A stretch of 64,000 bases of DNA, from assembly GCA_023245355.1 (NCBI GenBank), contig JAHFKN010000002.1:72460-136459 (forward strand), written 5' to 3'. Of this stretch, positions 60,695 to 64,000 are shown one piece after another. The stretch comes from Candidatus Gottesmanbacteria bacterium (GTDB lineage: Bacteria > Patescibacteriota > Microgenomatia > UBA10105 > UBA927). Position numbers and translations under genes: made by a program. The notes under the pieces were generated by a model. The model saw only the letters and a program-made list of their open reading frames with translations, was not told where the DNA came from and ran no database searches. How positions within the stretch are numbered: the stretch's first letter is position 1; each line of letters begins with the position of its first letter.

Positions 60695-61668
60695 AAGCTA
60701 CCGCAAAAGCGCCGGCAAATATCGCATTTATCAAATATTGGGGCAAAGCCGATGACACGCTCCGGTTGCCGCTTAACGATTCGATTTCCATGAATATGTC
60801 GGGAGCCTACACCATTACGACTGTCGAGTTTTCGAAGCAGTTCAAAAAAGATTCCGTAACGCTTGTAGGAGGCGAATTTTCCGAGGAGGAAACAGCACGT
60901 GTTATCAAGGGATTAGACCTGATCCGGAAACGGGCGGGAAGCACACAAAAAGCAACTGTCGTCACGAAAAATACATTTCCCAAAGGGGCGGGGTCGGCAG
61001 CGTCTGCCTCCGGATTTGCCGCACTTACCGTGGCGGGATTTGCTGCACTTGGGGTGACCTTGTCGGAAAAGGAGCTGACTATTTTTGCCCGCATGGGGAG
61101 CGGGTCTGCATGCCGGAGTATTCCCGACGGATTTGTGGTTTGGGAAAAAGGGGATAGCAGTAAAACGTCGTTTGCCTGGTCTTTATACCCGCCTACTCAT
61201 TGGGATATCCGGGATATTCTGGTTATTGTGGACAGCCGTATGAAAAAAGTTTCAACGACCGAGGGCATGGAAACGGTTGCGACCAGTCCGCGCCTTGCGG
61301 TGCGTCTGAGAGCAATTCCCCGGCGCATGAAAGAAATACAGCAGGCGATAGCTACGAAAAATTTTTCCCGGTTCGGTGAAATTACTGAGGAGGATTGTCT
61401 TGGCATGCATATGGTGATGCAGACGCAAACCCCGCCGTTATTTTATTGGAACAGTACGACACAAACTATTATGGAAGCAGTCAGGGATTGGAGAAAGCAC
61501 GGGTTACCGGTATACTTTACGATTGACGCGGGTCCCAACGTGCATCTTTTGTGTGAAGGAATAGATGAGGAACGGGTTCTTGCGGCGGTAAAAACAATCG
61601 GAGGCGTAGAAGCAACTATCGTGAATAAGCCGGCCATAGGAACAAGGATAATTTCGGAGCATTTATGA
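60691..61668 (+). CDS. mvaD: Diphosphomevalonate decarboxylase
   Basis: NIAFIKYWGK, ASASGFAAL, R.GSGSACRS, FTIDAGPN. Confidence 0.93.
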   Translation: MKATAKAPANIAFIKYWGKADDTLRLPLNDSISMNMSGAYTITTVEFSKQFKKDSVTLVGGEFSEEETARVIKGLDLIRKRAGSTQKATVVTKNTFPKGAGSAASASGFAALTVAGFAALGVTLSEKELTIFARMGSGSACRSIPDGFVVWEKGDSSKTSFAWSLYPPTHWDIRDILVIVDSRMKKVSTTEGMETVATSPRLAVRLRAIPRRMKEIQQAIATKNFSRFGEITEEDCLGMHMVMQTQTPPLFYWNSTTQTIMEAVRDWRKHGLPVYFTIDAGPNVHLLCEGIDEERVLAAVKTIGGVEATIVNKPAIGTRIISEHL

Positions 61669-62342
61669 AACATATTCCGCAGCATATAGCCATCATTATG
61701 GACGGGAACCGCAGATGGGCACGCAAACTCGGGTTACCGGTCCTTTCCGGGCACCAGAAGGTCGCAGATGAGGTGCTGGAACCGTTAGTGGAACATGCGG
61801 CCAAACGCGGCGTCCGGTTCATTACATTTTGGGCATTTTCTACCGAAAACTGGCAGCGTGAGAAAAGCGAGGTGGAGGGAATCATGCGTATTTTCCGTCA
61901 TGTTATCGGTAAACGTTGGCAGCGGCTGCACGAGAAGGGGGTGCGGGTGCGCGTGATCGGTGATATTTCCAAATTTGCACCGGACATCCGTGATTCTTTA
62001 AAAAAAGTGATCGAGCAGACGAAAGACAACCGGAAAATTACGGCGATTTTTGCCTTGAATTACGGCGGGCGCGACGAGATAGTGCGTGCGGTACGTAAGC
62101 TGGACAGAACAAAGACAGTAGAGGAACCGGATCTTTCCGCGGTGTTGGATACGGCCGGTATACCCGATCCGGAATTGATTATCCGTACGGGGGGCGAGCA
62201 GCGGTTAAGCGGTTTTCTGTTGTGGCAAAGCGAGTACAGCGAACTGTATTTTCCGTCTTTTTATATGCCGGAATTTACCCCTGAAAAACTGGATGAAGCG
62301 ATAGAAGAATACGCGTCCCGACAGCGGAGATTCGGGAAGTAA
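61665..62342 (+). CDS. uppS: Undecaprenyl (cis-isoprenyl) diphosphate synthase
   Basis: HIAIIMDGNRRWA, FSTENW, NYGGRDE, IRTGGEQRLSGFLLWQ. Confidence 0.97.
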   Translation: MKHIPQHIAIIMDGNRRWARKLGLPVLSGHQKVADEVLEPLVEHAAKRGVRFITFWAFSTENWQREKSEVEGIMRIFRHVIGKRWQRLHEKGVRVRVIGDISKFAPDIRDSLKKVIEQTKDNRKITAIFALNYGGRDEIVRAVRKLDRTKTVEEPDLSAVLDTAGIPDPELIIRTGGEQRLSGFLLWQSEYSELYFPSFYMPEFTPEKLDEAIEEYASRQRRFGK

Positions 62343-62354
62343 CGGATACGAGGC

Positions 62355-62705
62355 TTACTGGCCGAAAATCTGGAAGATGCTTTGCCAGCCCAAAATTGTT
62401 CCTATAATCTGAACAATCCAGAATGCGCCGAATACCAGCATAAATCCGATAATGGCGTTGGTAAGCGCTCCTTTTCCCGCGGCAAGTTTTTTGGCGTCTC
62501 CGGCTGAGAGCATGACCGTAAATCCGCTGCTGATGATCATCAGAAGCAGTCCGATTCCTGCAGCGGCAAAAATATATGAAAGGGATTGCCCCACAATGGT
62601 GCCGATGGAGTCGCTGCCGAATTTGAAGTCTGTCGGACCCTCGATTTTGATTCCCGATCCGCCGTTTCCCTCGATATTGATGATTTGGGCAAGGAGTTTA
62701 TGCAT
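62355..62705 (-). CDS. VirB2/TrbC-like pilin
   Basis: SGF..MLSAGDAKKL..GK.ALTNAIIG. Confidence 0.8.
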   Translation of the reverse strand: MHKLLAQIINIEGNGGSGIKIEGPTDFKFGSDSIGTIVGQSLSYIFAAAGIGLLLMIISSGFTVMLSAGDAKKLAAGKGALTNAIIGFMLVFGAFWIVQIIGTILGWQSIFQIFGQ

Positions 62706-62707
62706 AA

Positions 62708-63172
62708 CTAGCCACTGGAAAATCCCGGTAACTGTAATATATCCACTCCGACGAGGCGAAGCAAGAATATGGAGAAAATAATCAGCAATAGCCCTGAGAT
62801 TGCAGCCGTCATGAGATCCTTGGCTTCATGGAGTTTTTCCGGGTTTCCGGCGCTTGTAATGCGTTGAAATCCGGAAACAAGGATAAGCAGGAACGCGACC
62901 CCTCCGCCTAATCCGGTTCCGAGCCTGATAAATGATGCGATAAAGTCGCTTGGTGTTTCTCCTCCGAAACAGCCGAGCGCCGTCCACGCGCCGCCTCCGT
63001 CAAAACAGGATTTGCATGCGCCGTTTTGCGTCGTAACCGATTTGCACGCTGCTTCTCCTACGGATTGATCGACGACCGCGTCGGCGTATACCACGCTTCC
63101 CGCAAGCGGAAATGCCGGGATGGCAAGGAGGGTTGCGAAAAACAAAGATAGCGACAGAACAGCCCGTTTCAT
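62708..63172 (-). CDS. VirB2/TrbC-like pilin with signal peptide and Cys-rich N-terminal domain
   Basis: C.......C..C..WTALGC; SGF..ITSAGNPEKL.EAK..TAAISG. Confidence 0.75.
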   Translation of the reverse strand: MKRAVLSLSLFFATLLAIPAFPLAGSVVYADAVVDQSVGEAACKSVTTQNGACKSCFDGGGAWTALGCFGGETPSDFIASFIRLGTGLGGGVAFLLILVSGFQRITSAGNPEKLHEAKDLMTAAISGLLLIIFSIFLLRLVGVDILQLPGFSSG

Positions 63173-63252
63173 GCCTTTACAGTGTAGCAAATCCGGCAAA
63201 ATAAGAAAAGCAGGCTGGTTGTCTCTGCCGGTCTGGTACAATGGTAGAACTC

Positions 63253-64000
63253 ATGAAGTTTTCCCGATTTTTTATTATTTTTTTGCTGGTTGTTGTGGGG
63301 ATATCCTCTCCTGTACGGATATATGCGGAATCTTGCGATTCAAATTGTGCAAATACGGATGATCAATGCTTCGCCCGTAAACTTATAGAGTGCAATAAGG
63401 ATCTTAAAATGATTCAGGATGCGAAACAGCCGCATGTTGCGACGTTGAAAAAATTGGAAGCAAATATAGCCGCATTTACCGCCCAGCTTGAAATGATAGC
63501 CGTAGATCTTCTAAAAAAGTCAAAAGCGATTAAAGAAGAAGAAAAGCAGATGCAGGACATAACCATTCTTGCTGACAGAAAAATTGTCATGCTCTATAAA
63601 AGATCATTAACGTACAATCCTTTGTTGCCGTTTTTGACTTCGGTAAATGTCGGGAGTGTTATACGGTCATTTGCATACCAACAGCAACTTATTGATAGGG
63701 ACAAACAATCGATCGTGCAGGCAGCGATTTTTATCCAGGATTTACAAAAAAGGAAGAAGGAGCTTGAATCAAAACAAGCAAATATCGCCTCTCTCAATTC
63801 AGAATTGGATATCCGGGCAGCGTCGGTAAGAAAATTAGTTGAGGAAGCAACGGCATACGAGAACAAATTGACTAACGTCATCGCAACCCTTTCCGCCGCG
63901 CAACAGGCATTTTTGGCAAATAAACTTTCGGGATTGGGAATTCCGCTTTACGCATTAAGCGGCGGGGGTTGTTCGAGCGATCTTACCAACGGTAAGAATC
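63253..64000 (+). CDS. Secreted coiled-coil protein, possibly N-terminus of a cell-wall hydrolase (3'-truncated)
   Basis: Translated by hand: MKFSRFLLFFLLVVVGISSPVRIYA signal peptide, then coiled coil, open to window end. Confidence 0.65.
   Translation, partial: MKFSRFFIIFLLVVVGISSPVRIYAESCDSNCANTDDQCFARKLIECNKDLKMIQDAKQPHVATLKKLEANIAAFTAQLEMIAVDLLKKSKAIKEEEKQMQDITILADRKIVMLYKRSLTYNPLLPFLTSVNVGSVIRSFAYQQQLIDRDKQSIVQAAIFIQDLQKRKKELESKQANIASLNSELDIRAASVRKLVEEATAYENKLTNVIATLSAAQQAFLANKLSGLGIPLYALSGGGCSSDLTNGKN

Noticed and set aside
1-64000. tRNA, rRNA, IS elements, prophage, stop-codon recoding
   Set aside because: None recognised by eye; TGA ends intact genes normally

Overview
Chromosomal window spanning the replication origin (dnaA-oriC-dnaN) of what is inferred to be a Patescibacteria/CPR bacterium (Microgenomates-like gene set; genetic code 11). 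Left arm (1-32.4 kb): a large surface-glycan locus with GT2/GT4/WecB glycosyltransferases, DegT aminotransferase, sulfotransferase, a carbamoyltransferase-SGNH module, O-antigen-ligase-like proteins and ABC transporters. Inside it is a tightly coupled minus-strand operon (11183 to 4155): nucleotidyltransferase, S24/S26 peptidase, two SAM methyltransferases, WbqC, two GTs, an HPr-kinase-like kinase and a PqqD/RRE protein. The operon ends in a 32-aa peptide missing from the ORF track, which has its own TTGACA-N17-TACTAT promoter, an AGGAGG RBS, a YxxP leader motif and a C-terminal Ser. This candidate cyclase-less phospho/glyco-RiPP system is the main finding. Right arm: a T4SS-like cluster with no relaxase in the window (VirB4, PrgI, VirD4-like, VirB6-like, M23 peptidase, eight VirB2/TrbC-like pilins), a 1211-aa orphan, and an ECF sigma factor upstream of a mevalonate/undecaprenyl operon with an archaeal-type upper half. 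All calls are from motif reading by eye; no database searches were run.
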